64,000 nt of DNA from positions 5,870 through 69,869 of the forward strand of contig SCTK01000018.1 of NCBI GenBank assembly GCA_004298905.1, given 5' to 3'. The notes below the pieces were generated by a model. The model searched no databases. It saw nothing but the letters and a program-made list of their open reading frames with translations, and was not told the DNA's origin. Position numbers and translations under genes: made by a program. This document shows, piece after piece, positions 46,255-54,938 of the stretch. Numbering within the stretch: position 1 is the stretch's first letter; each line of letters begins with the position of its first letter. Source of the DNA: Burkholderiaceae bacterium (GTDB lineage Bacteria > Pseudomonadota > Gammaproteobacteria > Burkholderiales > Burkholderiaceae_D).

Positions 46255-46485
46255 TCAGAGTTGATTCGGAAATAATGTTGACCGAACTTGTTCCCACGGT
46301 ACGGCAGTGGAAGGGTCGGCATGGTGGGCGGTAACGCGGCGCTGCAATTCGGTCTTTTGTTCTTGCGACAATTCAATGGTGGTAGATGCCTCAGCAGCAA
46401 TGCTGTCCCAGATGTCCTCGACGAGCTGGATGCGCTCGGAAACGGACAGCTTCAAGTAGTCGGTCGTGTCGGCAGGAGTAGGCAT
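46255..46485 (-). CDS. Putative addiction-module antitoxin component (TIGR02574 / Unstab_antitox family)
   Basis: LSVSERIQLVEDIWDSI ... LSQEQKTELQRRVTAHHADPSTAVPWEQVRSTLF matches the family pattern across the whole 76 aa. An alternative TTG start lies at 46509. Confidence 0.8.
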   Translation of the reverse strand: MPTPADTTDYLKLSVSERIQLVEDIWDSIAAEASTTIELSQEQKTELQRRVTAHHADPSTAVPWEQVRSTLFPNQL

Positions 46486-46526
46486 GAGCGCAGTATAAAT
46501 CAAGGCCAATGCTCAATGTAAGGGGG

Positions 46527-47438
46527 TCAGTGGCGAGTCTGTGAAGGTGCTCCAGCTGCAGTTTCGCGCAGCAATTGCGCGCAATCTACCGCATCAAAAT
46601 CGTAGCGCTGATTGCAGTATTCACAGTGAACGGTAATCTGCTCCTGTTCGGACAGAATGGATTCGATTTCTTCCTGCCCCAGTGTGCGCAGCATGTTGCC
46701 GACGCGTTCGCGTGAGCAGCAGCATTTGAATTCGCAGGAGCGCGCTTCGCTGTGCTGCAGGGTCTCTTGCCAATACAGGCGGTGGATGAGGGCAGCTGGT
46801 GGCAGGGTGAGGAGTTCTTCGGGCTTCACGGTGTGCGCTAGTTGCGTGGCGCGATCCCAGGCGTCGTGGTCGCTGTGTGTGGCGGCGCTGCCGCCTTCGG
46901 TGGGGAGTTGTTGCAGCAGCAGTCCGGCGGCGGTGTCTTTATCGGCGGCCAGCCAGAGGCGGGTGTGCAGTTGCTCGGATGCTTCCATGTAGTGTTCGAG
47001 CGCTTGCGCGATGCTGGTGCCGGTGAGGGGGACGATGCCTTGATAGGGTTGCTGGCCCGGCAGTTTGTCTTTGGGGTCGAGGGTGATGACGCAGCGGCCC
47101 TTGCCGTGCGTATTGATCAGCGCTTGCATGTCGGCGGCGGGGTCGAGCGTGGCGTTGGCCGCGAGTTTGGCGGTGGCGCGCAGAGTGAGGTCGGAGTTGC
47201 ATTCGACCACCAGCAATTGCAGCGGGCCGTCGCCGTGAATCTGCATGATCAGCGCGCCGTTGAATTTGAGGTTGGCGCATAGCAGAGCGCTGGCCGCAAC
47301 CATCTCGCCCAGCAGTTGCATGACGTTGGGGGGGTAGTCGTGATGCTGTTGAATGCGTTGCCACGTTTTGGAAAGTTGCACGACTTCGCCACGCACAGGG
47401 GCGTTGGCGAAGAGGAATTTATGGAGGGTGTCGGACAT
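46527..47438 (-). CDS. hslO: Redox-regulated chaperone Hsp33
   Basis: The N-terminal FLFANAPVRGEVVQL and the C-terminal zinc centre CCCSRERV ... VHCEYCNQRY are present. Confidence 0.9.
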   Translation of the reverse strand: MSDTLHKFLFANAPVRGEVVQLSKTWQRIQQHHDYPPNVMQLLGEMVAASALLCANLKFNGALIMQIHGDGPLQLLVVECNSDLTLRATAKLAANATLDPAADMQALINTHGKGRCVITLDPKDKLPGQQPYQGIVPLTGTSIAQALEHYMEASEQLHTRLWLAADKDTAAGLLLQQLPTEGGSAATHSDHDAWDRATQLAHTVKPEELLTLPPAALIHRLYWQETLQHSEARSCEFKCCCSRERVGNMLRTLGQEEIESILSEQEQITVHCEYCNQRYDFDAVDCAQLLRETAAGAPSQTRH

Positions 47439-47489
47439 GCTGAAAATCTTTTCGGTTGTTTGAGTTCCCTCGCCACTACAGGCGACGGG

Positions 47490-48017
47490 TTAATCGCTGA
47501 TTTTTTTCAACGACTTTTTAAACGCTTGCGCTTTGCGCACGTAGACTTCGGCGTTGCGTTGCATGCGCGCGAAATCTTCTGCGCCGAGTTGGCGCACGAT
47601 CTTGCTGGGGCTGCCGAGCACCAGTGAATTGTCGGGGATGTGTTTGCCTTCGGTGACCAATGCACCGGCGCCGATGAGACAATTTTTGCCGATCACGGCG
47701 CCGTTCAATACCACGGCCTGGATGCCGATCAAGCTGCCATCGCCGACGGTGCAGCCATGCAGCATGGCCTGGTGGCCGATGGTGACGCTGTTGCCGATGG
47801 TGCAGGGAAAGCCGGGGTCGGTGTGCAGGGTGGTGCCTTCCTGCACGTTGCTGTTTTCGCCCACGGTGATCGGTTCGTTGTCGCCGCGAATCACGGCGCC
47901 GAACCAGACGCTGCTGCCCGCGGCGAGGGTGACGCTGCCGATGACGCTGGCCGAATCCGCCACGAAGGCGCTGCCGTCAATGGCGGGAATGCGGTTTTCG
48001 AATTGATAGACAGCCAT
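47490..48017 (-). CDS. Gamma-carbonic-anhydrase-like hexapeptide-repeat protein (YrdA/PaaY family)
   Basis: A left-handed beta-helix repeat protein of 175 aa, with [30 protein letters not shown]. Confidence 0.85.
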   Translation of the reverse strand: MAVYQFENRIPAIDGSAFVADSASVIGSVTLAAGSSVWFGAVIRGDNEPITVGENSNVQEGTTLHTDPGFPCTIGNSVTIGHQAMLHGCTVGDGSLIGIQAVVLNGAVIGKNCLIGAGALVTEGKHIPDNSLVLGSPSKIVRQLGAEDFARMQRNAEVYVRKAQAFKKSLKKISD

Positions 48018-48094
48018 GCGGTGCTCCTTCAGGTGTAAGGATTTTAACGCACTGCATGCGCAGGAAAGCCGGGCGCAGCGAGTAAAATGCAGTC

Positions 48095-48925
48095 ATGAAC
48101 ATTGATCTGCATTGTCATTCCACGATTTCCGACGGTTTGCTCAAGCCCGACGAGGTGGCACGTCTGGCGCGCAACAAGGGCGTGGATGTCTGGGCCTTGA
48201 CCGACCACGATGAGGTGAGCGGTCTGGCGCTGGCGCGGGCGACGGCGCAGGAGATTGGTTTGACCTTTGTTGATGGCGTTGAAATTTCCATCACCTGGGC
48301 TAACAAGACGATTCACATACTCGGCCTGCATCTTGATCCCACGAATGCCGAGTTGTGCGCCGGGCTGGCGCACACGCGTTCCGGCCGCGACCGCCGCGCG
48401 CAGCAGATTGCCGATCAACTGGCTGCCGTTGGCATCCCCGGTGCTTACGATGGCGCGCTCAAATATGTTGCCAACAAAAGCTTGATCGGCCGCGCGCATT
48501 TCGCGCGCTATATCGTTGAGCTGGGCGTGTGCCCGGATGTCAAAACGGTCTTCGGCAAGTATCTGGTGGAAGGCAAACCCGGCTACGTGCCGCATGCCTG
48601 GGCCACGTTGGAAGATGCGGTGCGCTGGATACGCGGTGCCGGAGGTGTGGCGGTGATTGCGCACCCCGGTCGCTATCACTTCGATCTGGTGCAGGAAACG
48701 GCGTTTATCGAACAATTCATCGAGGCCGGTGGCGCGGGGGTCGAGGTGATCACCAGTGCGCATTCCCCGGCCGAATGGAAATACTACGAAGCGCTGGCAA
48801 AAAAATATCAGCTCAAGGGCTCGCGCGGTTCGGATTATCACGGCCCCGGCGAGAGCGAGGCTGAGTTGGGCGCCTTGCCGCCGTTGCCCGCACCACTGAC
48901 GCCGGTGTGGCAGGACTGGTTCTAG
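48095..48925 (+). CDS. PHP-domain phosphoesterase (TrpH/YciV, RNase AM family)
   Basis: MNIDLHCHSTISDG ... ALTDHDEV is the PHP metal-binding motif. It is followed by yciO as in E. coli. Confidence 0.85.
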   Translation: MNIDLHCHSTISDGLLKPDEVARLARNKGVDVWALTDHDEVSGLALARATAQEIGLTFVDGVEISITWANKTIHILGLHLDPTNAELCAGLAHTRSGRDRRAQQIADQLAAVGIPGAYDGALKYVANKSLIGRAHFARYIVELGVCPDVKTVFGKYLVEGKPGYVPHAWATLEDAVRWIRGAGGVAVIAHPGRYHFDLVQETAFIEQFIEAGGAGVEVITSAHSPAEWKYYEALAKKYQLKGSRGSDYHGPGESEAELGALPPLPAPLTPVWQDWF

Positions 48926-48927
48926 CA

Positions 48928-49551
48928 GTGGCACAATTTTTCTCGCTTCATCCTGATAACCCGCAGCAGCGCTTGATTCAACAAGCGGTGCAGATTGTGC
49001 GCGCGGGCGGCGTGATTGCTCTGCCCACCGATTCCTGTTACGCCCTGTGCTGCCATCTGGACGACAAGGCGGCGGTGGAAAAACTGCGTCGGATTCGCGG
49101 CATCGACGAGAAACATCACCTGACGCTGTTGTGCCGCGATCTGGCAGAGATCGCCAACTATGCGCGTGTGGACAACCGGCAGTACCGCTGGCTCAAGCAC
49201 GCCACGCCGGGGCCTTTTACGGTGATTCTGGAAGCGACGCGCGAAGTGCCGCGCCGCCTGAGCCACCCCTCGCGCAAGACCATCGGCATTCGCGTGCCGG
49301 AGAATCGCATCGCACATGCTTTGCTAGAAGCGCTGGGCGAACCGCTGCTGAGTGCGACGCTGATTTTGCCGGATCGTGAGGAGCCGCTGGTGGAAGCCGA
49401 AGAGATTCGTGGCCTGATCGAGCATCAACTCGACCTCATCATCGACGGCGAGCACTGCACGATGGAACCGACCACGGTGATCGACCTGACGGACGAGGTG
49501 CCGGTGTTGCTGCGTCAGGGGCGCGGCGATGCATCTGTGTTTGGGCTGTAA
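48928..49551 (+). CDS. yciO: Sua5/YciO/YrdC-family dsRNA-binding protein (YciO-like)
   Basis: VAQFFSLHPDNPQQRLIQQAVQIVRAGGVIALPTDSCYALCC parallels the E. coli YciO N-terminus. A GTG start at 48928 is inferred from that alignment. Confidence 0.8.
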   Translation: MAQFFSLHPDNPQQRLIQQAVQIVRAGGVIALPTDSCYALCCHLDDKAAVEKLRRIRGIDEKHHLTLLCRDLAEIANYARVDNRQYRWLKHATPGPFTVILEATREVPRRLSHPSRKTIGIRVPENRIAHALLEALGEPLLSATLILPDREEPLVEAEEIRGLIEHQLDLIIDGEHCTMEPTTVIDLTDEVPVLLRQGRGDASVFGL

Positions 49552-49602
49552 CCAGCGACTTGGCGCAAGACTTATCGCGCCTAGTCGAATCGCTATACAG
49601 CG
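49548..49602. repeat. Solo copy of the 21983-22155 hairpin repeat family
   Basis: GTAACCAGCGACTTGGCGCaagacttatcGCGCCTAGTCGAATCGCTATACAGCG. The yciO stop codon lies inside the first bases of the repeat. Confidence 0.8.
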
Positions 49603-49636
49603 TATTAGTGCCCGGCCGCACTGGTAGAATCGCGCC

Positions 49637-50290
49637 ATGCAAGAAATTATTCAAACACTCACTGTCGTCGCGTTGCCTGTCATTTTTGCGATTACCCTGC
49701 ACGAAGCCGCCCATGGCTATGTGGCGCGCGCTTTGGGCGACAACACCGCTTTCGTTGCCGGCCGGGTCAGCCTGAATCCTTTGCGCCATATCGATCCGGT
49801 TGGAACGCTGCTGGTGCCGATAGCCATCTTGATTCTGTCCAAACTGTCGGGCGGGCCGGCCATGTTGTTTGGCTGGGCCAAACCGGTGCCGGTGAATTTC
49901 GGCAACCTGCGTTCGCCCAAGCGCGATATGCGCTGGGTGGCGCTGGCTGGACCGGCGTCCAACCTCTTGATGGCGCTGGGCTGGGCGTTTCTGATCAAGT
50001 TTCAGGCGGCGCTGGGGGTGCGAGAAGTTTTCTTTTACGAGATGGCGCAGGCGGGGATTGTCATCAATCTGGTCTTGATGGCGCTGAATCTATTGCCACT
50101 GCCGCCGCTCGATGGCGGCCGCATCGTCTTCAGCCTGCTGCCGAATCGGCTGGCCTGGCAATACGGCAAGATCGAACCCTATGGCATGATCATCATGCTG
50201 GCGCTGTTCGCCTTGAACGTGCTGCCGGTGTTGATGCGGCCGCTCATGGGTCTGGGTATGCGCATCGTTCAATTTTTTATCGGGGTTTGA
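49637..50290 (+). CDS. Site-2 protease family (peptidase M50) membrane metalloprotease
   Basis: The HEAAHG zinc motif sits in the first TM region. The protein has several TM helices and is 217 aa. Confidence 0.8.
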   Translation: MQEIIQTLTVVALPVIFAITLHEAAHGYVARALGDNTAFVAGRVSLNPLRHIDPVGTLLVPIAILILSKLSGGPAMLFGWAKPVPVNFGNLRSPKRDMRWVALAGPASNLLMALGWAFLIKFQAALGVREVFFYEMAQAGIVINLVLMALNLLPLPPLDGGRIVFSLLPNRLAWQYGKIEPYGMIIMLALFALNVLPVLMRPLMGLGMRIVQFFIGV

Positions 50291-50296
50291 GTACTC

Positions 50297-51499
50297 ATGT
50301 TTCCTGATCGTGTCCTGTCCGGCATGCGTCCTACCGGGGCTTTGCACCTGGGGCATTACCACGGCGTTTTGAAAAACTGGTTGCGCCTGCAAAGCGAGCA
50401 TCCCTGTTTGTTCTTTGTGGCCGATTGGCATGCGTTGACCACTCACTATGAAGCGCCCGAAGACATCGAGCGCAATGTCTGGGATATGGTGATCGATTGG
50501 CTGGCGGCCGGAGTCGATCCGGCGCAAGCGACGATTTTCATTCAGTCGCGCGTGCCGGAACATGCCGAATTGCATTTGCTGCTGTCGATGTCCACGCCGC
50601 TGGGTTGGCTGGAGCGTGTGCCGACCTACAAGGATCAGCAGGAAAAAATGACCGACCGCGATCTGGCGACCTACGGTTTTCTCGGCTACCCGCTGCTGCA
50701 GGCGGCCGACATTCTGATCTACCGCGCCACGCTGGTGCCGGTGGGTGAAGATCAAGTGCCGCATGTAGAAATGACGCGCGAAATTGCGCGCCGTTTCAAC
50801 CACCTTTACGGCCGCGAACCTGACTTCGAGGAAAAAGCGCTGGAAGCGTTGAAAAAACTGGGCGGCAAACGCGCGCGGTTGTATCAGGAAGCGCGCACCA
50901 AATATCAGGAGCAGGGCGACGAAGCGGCGCTGGAACAGGCGCATGCGTTGTTGCAAGAGACACAGAACATCAGCATGGGCGACCGTGAACGTTTGTTCGG
51001 TTATCTCGAAGGCGGACGCAAGATCATTCTGGTTGAGCCGGATGCCTTGCTCACCGAAGCGTCGCGCATGCCCGGACTCGATGGGCAGAAAATGTCAAAA
51101 AGCTATAACAACACGATCTCCCTGCGTGAAGATGCGGACAGCGTCACCAAGAAGGTGCGCACCATGCCGACTGATCCGGCCCGCGTGCGGCGTACCGATC
51201 CAGGCGAGCCGGAGAAGTGCCCGGTGTGGCAGTTGCATCAGGTGTATTCCAGCGAGGAAACCAAGGATTGGGTGCAAAAGGGTTGCCGCAGCGCGGGCAT
51301 TGGCTGCATCGAATGCAAGCAGCCGGTGATCGACGCGATTTTGAAAGAACAGGAACCGATGCGCGAGCGTGCGCAGACCTATCTGGACGACCCTGCATTG
51401 GTGCGCAATATCGTTGCCGATGGCTGCGAAAAAGCGCGCAAACTGGCGCAGGAAACGATGCGCGAAGTACGCGAGGCGATGGGTCTAAATTATTCATAA
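50297..51499 (+). CDS. trpS: Tryptophan--tRNA ligase (long form)
   Basis: The class I motifs are the HIGH-like GALHLGHYHG and KMSKS. The product is 400 aa. Confidence 0.9.
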   Translation: MFPDRVLSGMRPTGALHLGHYHGVLKNWLRLQSEHPCLFFVADWHALTTHYEAPEDIERNVWDMVIDWLAAGVDPAQATIFIQSRVPEHAELHLLLSMSTPLGWLERVPTYKDQQEKMTDRDLATYGFLGYPLLQAADILIYRATLVPVGEDQVPHVEMTREIARRFNHLYGREPDFEEKALEALKKLGGKRARLYQEARTKYQEQGDEAALEQAHALLQETQNISMGDRERLFGYLEGGRKIILVEPDALLTEASRMPGLDGQKMSKSYNNTISLREDADSVTKKVRTMPTDPARVRRTDPGEPEKCPVWQLHQVYSSEETKDWVQKGCRSAGIGCIECKQPVIDAILKEQEPMRERAQTYLDDPALVRNIVADGCEKARKLAQETMREVREAMGLNYS

Positions 51500-51562
51500 A
51501 GGCCGGTCGAGAAAAGCGGCACGATCAGCTACAATGGCCCTCTATTTTTCAACGCTTTCTAG

Positions 51563-52450
51563 ATGCAGAACATGATTACAGGCAGCCTGGTCGCGCTGGT
51601 GACCCCAATGCATGCGGATGGGGCGATCGATTGGGACAGTTATCGCGCATTGATCGATTGGCATGTCGAGGAAAAAACCGACGCGCTGGTCGTGGTCGGC
51701 ACGACCGGTGAATCACCCACCGTCACGGTGGCAGAGCATTGCCAATTGATCGACGTCGCCGTCAAACATGCGGCGGGCCGAATTCCCGTGATCGCCGGCA
51801 CCGGCGGCAATTCGACGCAGGAAGCGATTGAGTTGACTGCCTATGCCAAAAAGGCGGGCGCGGCCGCCTGTCTATCGGTGGTTCCGTATTACAACAAGCC
51901 GTCGCAGGAAGGTCTGTACCACCACTTCAAGGCGATTGCCGAAGCGGTCGATCTGCCTGTGGTGTTGTACAACGTGCCGGGCCGCACCGTGGCCGACATG
52001 AACAACGATACGGTGTTGCGGCTGGCGCAGGTGCCGGGCATCGCCGGTATCAAGGACGCCACTGGCAATATCGAGCGCGGCAGCTGGCTGATTCGCCAGG
52101 CACCGAGCGGGTTTGCCGTGTATAGCGGCGACGATGGCTCGGCACTGGCATTGATGCTGTTGGGCGCACAGGGCAATATTTCGGTGACGGCCAACGTTGC
52201 GCCACGCGCGATGCATGACCTGTGCGCGGCTGCGCTTGCCGGTGATGTGGCGACCGCGCGCAAGATCAATCAACGTTTGTTGCCGATGCACAAGCAGTTG
52301 TTTGTAGAAGCAAACCCGATCCCGGTGAAATGGGCGTTGCAGACTATGGGGCGGATTCCGGGGGGAATCCGTTTGCCATTGACACCGTTGAACCCGGACT
52401 GTCATGCACTGGTCAGAACGGCGTTAGTGGATGCGGGTATAACGAGGTAA
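51563..52450 (+). CDS. dapA: 4-hydroxy-tetrahydrodipicolinate synthase
   Basis: [22 protein letters not shown] and YNVPGRT are present, with the catalytic K in IAGIKDATG. Confidence 0.93.
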   Translation: MQNMITGSLVALVTPMHADGAIDWDSYRALIDWHVEEKTDALVVVGTTGESPTVTVAEHCQLIDVAVKHAAGRIPVIAGTGGNSTQEAIELTAYAKKAGAAACLSVVPYYNKPSQEGLYHHFKAIAEAVDLPVVLYNVPGRTVADMNNDTVLRLAQVPGIAGIKDATGNIERGSWLIRQAPSGFAVYSGDDGSALALMLLGAQGNISVTANVAPRAMHDLCAAALAGDVATARKINQRLLPMHKQLFVEANPIPVKWALQTMGRIPGGIRLPLTPLNPDCHALVRTALVDAGITR

Positions 52451-52515
52451 GGATTTGAAGTCCGGGGTGTTTATTGCACACGGTTTTTATCAAGAGACAA
52501 AATGAATATAACGAG

Positions 52516-53652
52516 ATGAATACGACGAGATATTTTCTGGCAGGCATGATGACGCTGAATCTGGCGGGGTGCGGGATGTTCGATACCGTGACCAAGGGTG
52601 CGAGCATCGATTACAAATCGTCAGGCAAACTGCCATCGCTGGAAGTACCACCTGACTTGATCAAGCCGGCCGCCAACGAGCGCTATAACATTCCCGAAAA
52701 CAGTCGCGGCACTGCCACCTTGTCGGACTATCAGCACACCCGCGAGGATACGGCGCGCAGCTCCGGGCAGGCGGGGGTGTTGCCAACGGTGGAAAAGGCG
52801 CATATCGAGCGTTCCGGTTCGCAGCGCTGGCTGGTCGTGAATCGTTCGCCGGAAGAATTGTGGCCGTTGATTCGCGAGTTCTGGCAGCAAGCGGGTTTTC
52901 TGATCAATATGGATTCTCCGGAAACCGGCATCATGGAAACCGACTGGGCGGAAAACCGCGCCAAGATTCCGCAGGATTTAATTCGTTCGACTATCGGCAA
53001 GCTGTTCGACAGCCTCTATTCCACCAGTGAACGCGACAAATTCCGTACCCGGCTGGAAAAAACTGCGCAGGGCACGGAGATTTTTATCAGCCATCGCGGT
53101 GTAGTCGAAGTCTATGACAACAATGTAGAAAAAAACAAAACCGTTTGGCAGCCGCGCCCCTCCGACCCTGAGCTGGAAGCCGAATTTCTGCGCCGCTTGA
53201 TGCTGGTGCTGGGTACGGAGAATGCGCAGGACATCGCCAGCGCTGCCGAGAATGTGCAGCAGGAACACGCCAGTCTGATCCGTACGGGCAGCGGCTTGTC
53301 GGGTGTGCGTGTCAATGAAGGTTTTGATCGCGCCTGGCGCCGTGTCGGTTTGGCGCTGGATCGCGTGGGCTTTACGGTGGAAGACCGCGATCGTTCCAAA
53401 GGTTTGTACTTCGTACGCTATGTCGATCCACTGATTGACAGTGCCAATGCGGAGAAAGAAAAAGGTTTCCTGGGCAAGATCTTCTCCTTTGGCAAGAAGG
53501 AAGAGAAGCCGACTGAATACCGCATCAGCGTGGCCGCTAACGCGAGTGTCGAGCAGGCTACCGAGATTCAGGTGCAAGGCAAGGATGGCAAGCCGGAGCA
53601 TTCGGACACGGTGGATCGCATTCTCAAGCTGCTCTACGATCAGCTCAAGTAA
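52516..53652 (+). CDS. bamC: Outer-membrane protein assembly factor BamC (NlpB)
   Basis: The lipobox is LNLAGCG. Its position directly after dapA is conserved. PPDLIKP and GIMETDWAENRAKIPQD are typical of BamC. Confidence 0.8.
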   Translation: MNTTRYFLAGMMTLNLAGCGMFDTVTKGASIDYKSSGKLPSLEVPPDLIKPAANERYNIPENSRGTATLSDYQHTREDTARSSGQAGVLPTVEKAHIERSGSQRWLVVNRSPEELWPLIREFWQQAGFLINMDSPETGIMETDWAENRAKIPQDLIRSTIGKLFDSLYSTSERDKFRTRLEKTAQGTEIFISHRGVVEVYDNNVEKNKTVWQPRPSDPELEAEFLRRLMLVLGTENAQDIASAAENVQQEHASLIRTGSGLSGVRVNEGFDRAWRRVGLALDRVGFTVEDRDRSKGLYFVRYVDPLIDSANAEKEKGFLGKIFSFGKKEEKPTEYRISVAANASVEQATEIQVQGKDGKPEHSDTVDRILKLLYDQLK

Positions 53653-53667
53653 CGCTTTCCAATTCCG

Positions 53668-54444
53668 GTGCGTTTTACGATTCTCGGCAGCGGCAGTGAA
53701 GGCAATGGGTTGGTGGTCGAAGCCGGTGCGGCCCATCCGACCCGGATTCTCGTTGATTGCGGTTTTGGTTTGCGCGATCTGATCGCGCGGCTCGCGCGTG
53801 TAGAACTGACACCGGAGCAGATCGACGCCATTGTGTTGACGCACGAGCATGACGATCATGCCAGTGGTGCCTTCAAGTTCGCGCATGGTTACGATATCCC
53901 GGTCTGGCTGACGGCGGGCACCTTGCGTGGTTGCAGAAATTATCTGCGCGACGGTGTCCGGCTTCGGCCCTTCGATGCACACCTCCCCTTTGTGATTGGC
54001 GATCTGACGGTGCAGCCGGTGGCGGTGCCGCACGATGCCTGTGAGCCGACGCAGTTTGTCTTTTCCGACGGGGTACGCCGTCTCGGTTTATTGACCGATG
54101 CCGGTCGGCCGACGGCACATATCACCGCCGCCTTCAGTGGCGTCGACGCGCTGATTCTCGAATGCAATCACGATGTACAGATGCTGGCGCAATCGCGCTA
54201 CCCCGAATCGCTGAAGCGGCGCATTGGCGGGGAATTCGGTCATTTATCCAACACAGAGGCGGGGACGATCCTCGCGTCCCTGGATCGAAGCAAGCTGAAG
54301 CATGTGATTGCGGCCCATCTTTCGCAAGTCAACAACACGCCGCTACATGCCCGGAATGCTCTGGCAGAAGTTTTATCTTGCAAGGTGGATGAAGTGGAGG
54401 TGGCTTGCCAGGCGGACGGTCTGGGCTGGCGCGCTTTAGGCTGA
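53668..54444 (+). CDS. MBL-fold metallo-hydrolase
   Basis: THEHDDHASG is the H-x-H-x-D-H motif. The product is 258 aa with a GTG start. Confidence 0.8.
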   Translation: MRFTILGSGSEGNGLVVEAGAAHPTRILVDCGFGLRDLIARLARVELTPEQIDAIVLTHEHDDHASGAFKFAHGYDIPVWLTAGTLRGCRNYLRDGVRLRPFDAHLPFVIGDLTVQPVAVPHDACEPTQFVFSDGVRRLGLLTDAGRPTAHITAAFSGVDALILECNHDVQMLAQSRYPESLKRRIGGEFGHLSNTEAGTILASLDRSKLKHVIAAHLSQVNNTPLHARNALAEVLSCKVDEVEVACQADGLGWRALG

Positions 54445-54480
54445 CTCCACGGTTGAGCGAAGCAGAAACATTGAAAATAA

Positions 54481-54508
54481 AAAAAGCCGACGGTTAAGTC
54501 GGCTTTTT
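54481..54508. terminator. Bidirectional rho-independent terminator
   Basis: AAAAAGCCGAC-ggttaa-GTCGGCTTTTT lies between convergent genes. Confidence 0.8.
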
Positions 54509-54582
54509 AGTTTCGCTCGAGATGTGCTGATCAAGTAACACCGGCGGGTACGCCGGCTTGCCCAGCACCAGCATCAGGCGAA

Positions 54583-54759
54583 TTATTTTTTCTCTTCAGC
54601 AGCAGGAGCGGCAGGAGCAGCAGCCGGAGCAGCCGGAGCGGCATCAGCAGCAGGAGCAGCGGCAGGAGCAGGAGCGGCGGGAGCAGCAGCCTCTTCTTTT
54701 TTACCGCAAGCGGCCAGAGCGATGGCGAGCAGAGAAGCGATCAACAGGGACTTTTTCAT
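54583..54759 (-). CDS. Small Ala/Pro-rich lipoprotein (Neisseria H.8/Lip-like)
   Basis: MKKSLLIASLLAIALAAC is a signal peptide with a lipobox. The mature part consists almost entirely of A/P repeats flanked by KKEE and EEKK. Confidence 0.65.
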   Translation of the reverse strand: MKKSLLIASLLAIALAACGKKEEAAAPAAPAPAAAPAADAAPAAPAAAPAAPAAEEKK

Positions 54760-54938
54760 GAAATTTCCTTTGACAAGCAAGTTAGCTAAAAATGAGAATA
54801 CCGGTATTTATTGCTTTAGACATCTTGGACGCGTACCTGAGCGGTGTCCTGATCAAACCCATACTCATTGTCCAGTCGTCCAGCGCGCGATTATACAAAA
54901 AATTTCAACCAAGGTGTGACACTCTCGGGCGGTGGTTT

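Noticed and set aside
54595-54700. Nucleotide-level tandem repeats (GCAGCAGGAGC / GCAGCCGGAGC)
   Set aside because: This is not an independent satellite. It is the coding sequence of the Ala/Pro-rich lipoprotein on the minus strand and is reported under that gene.
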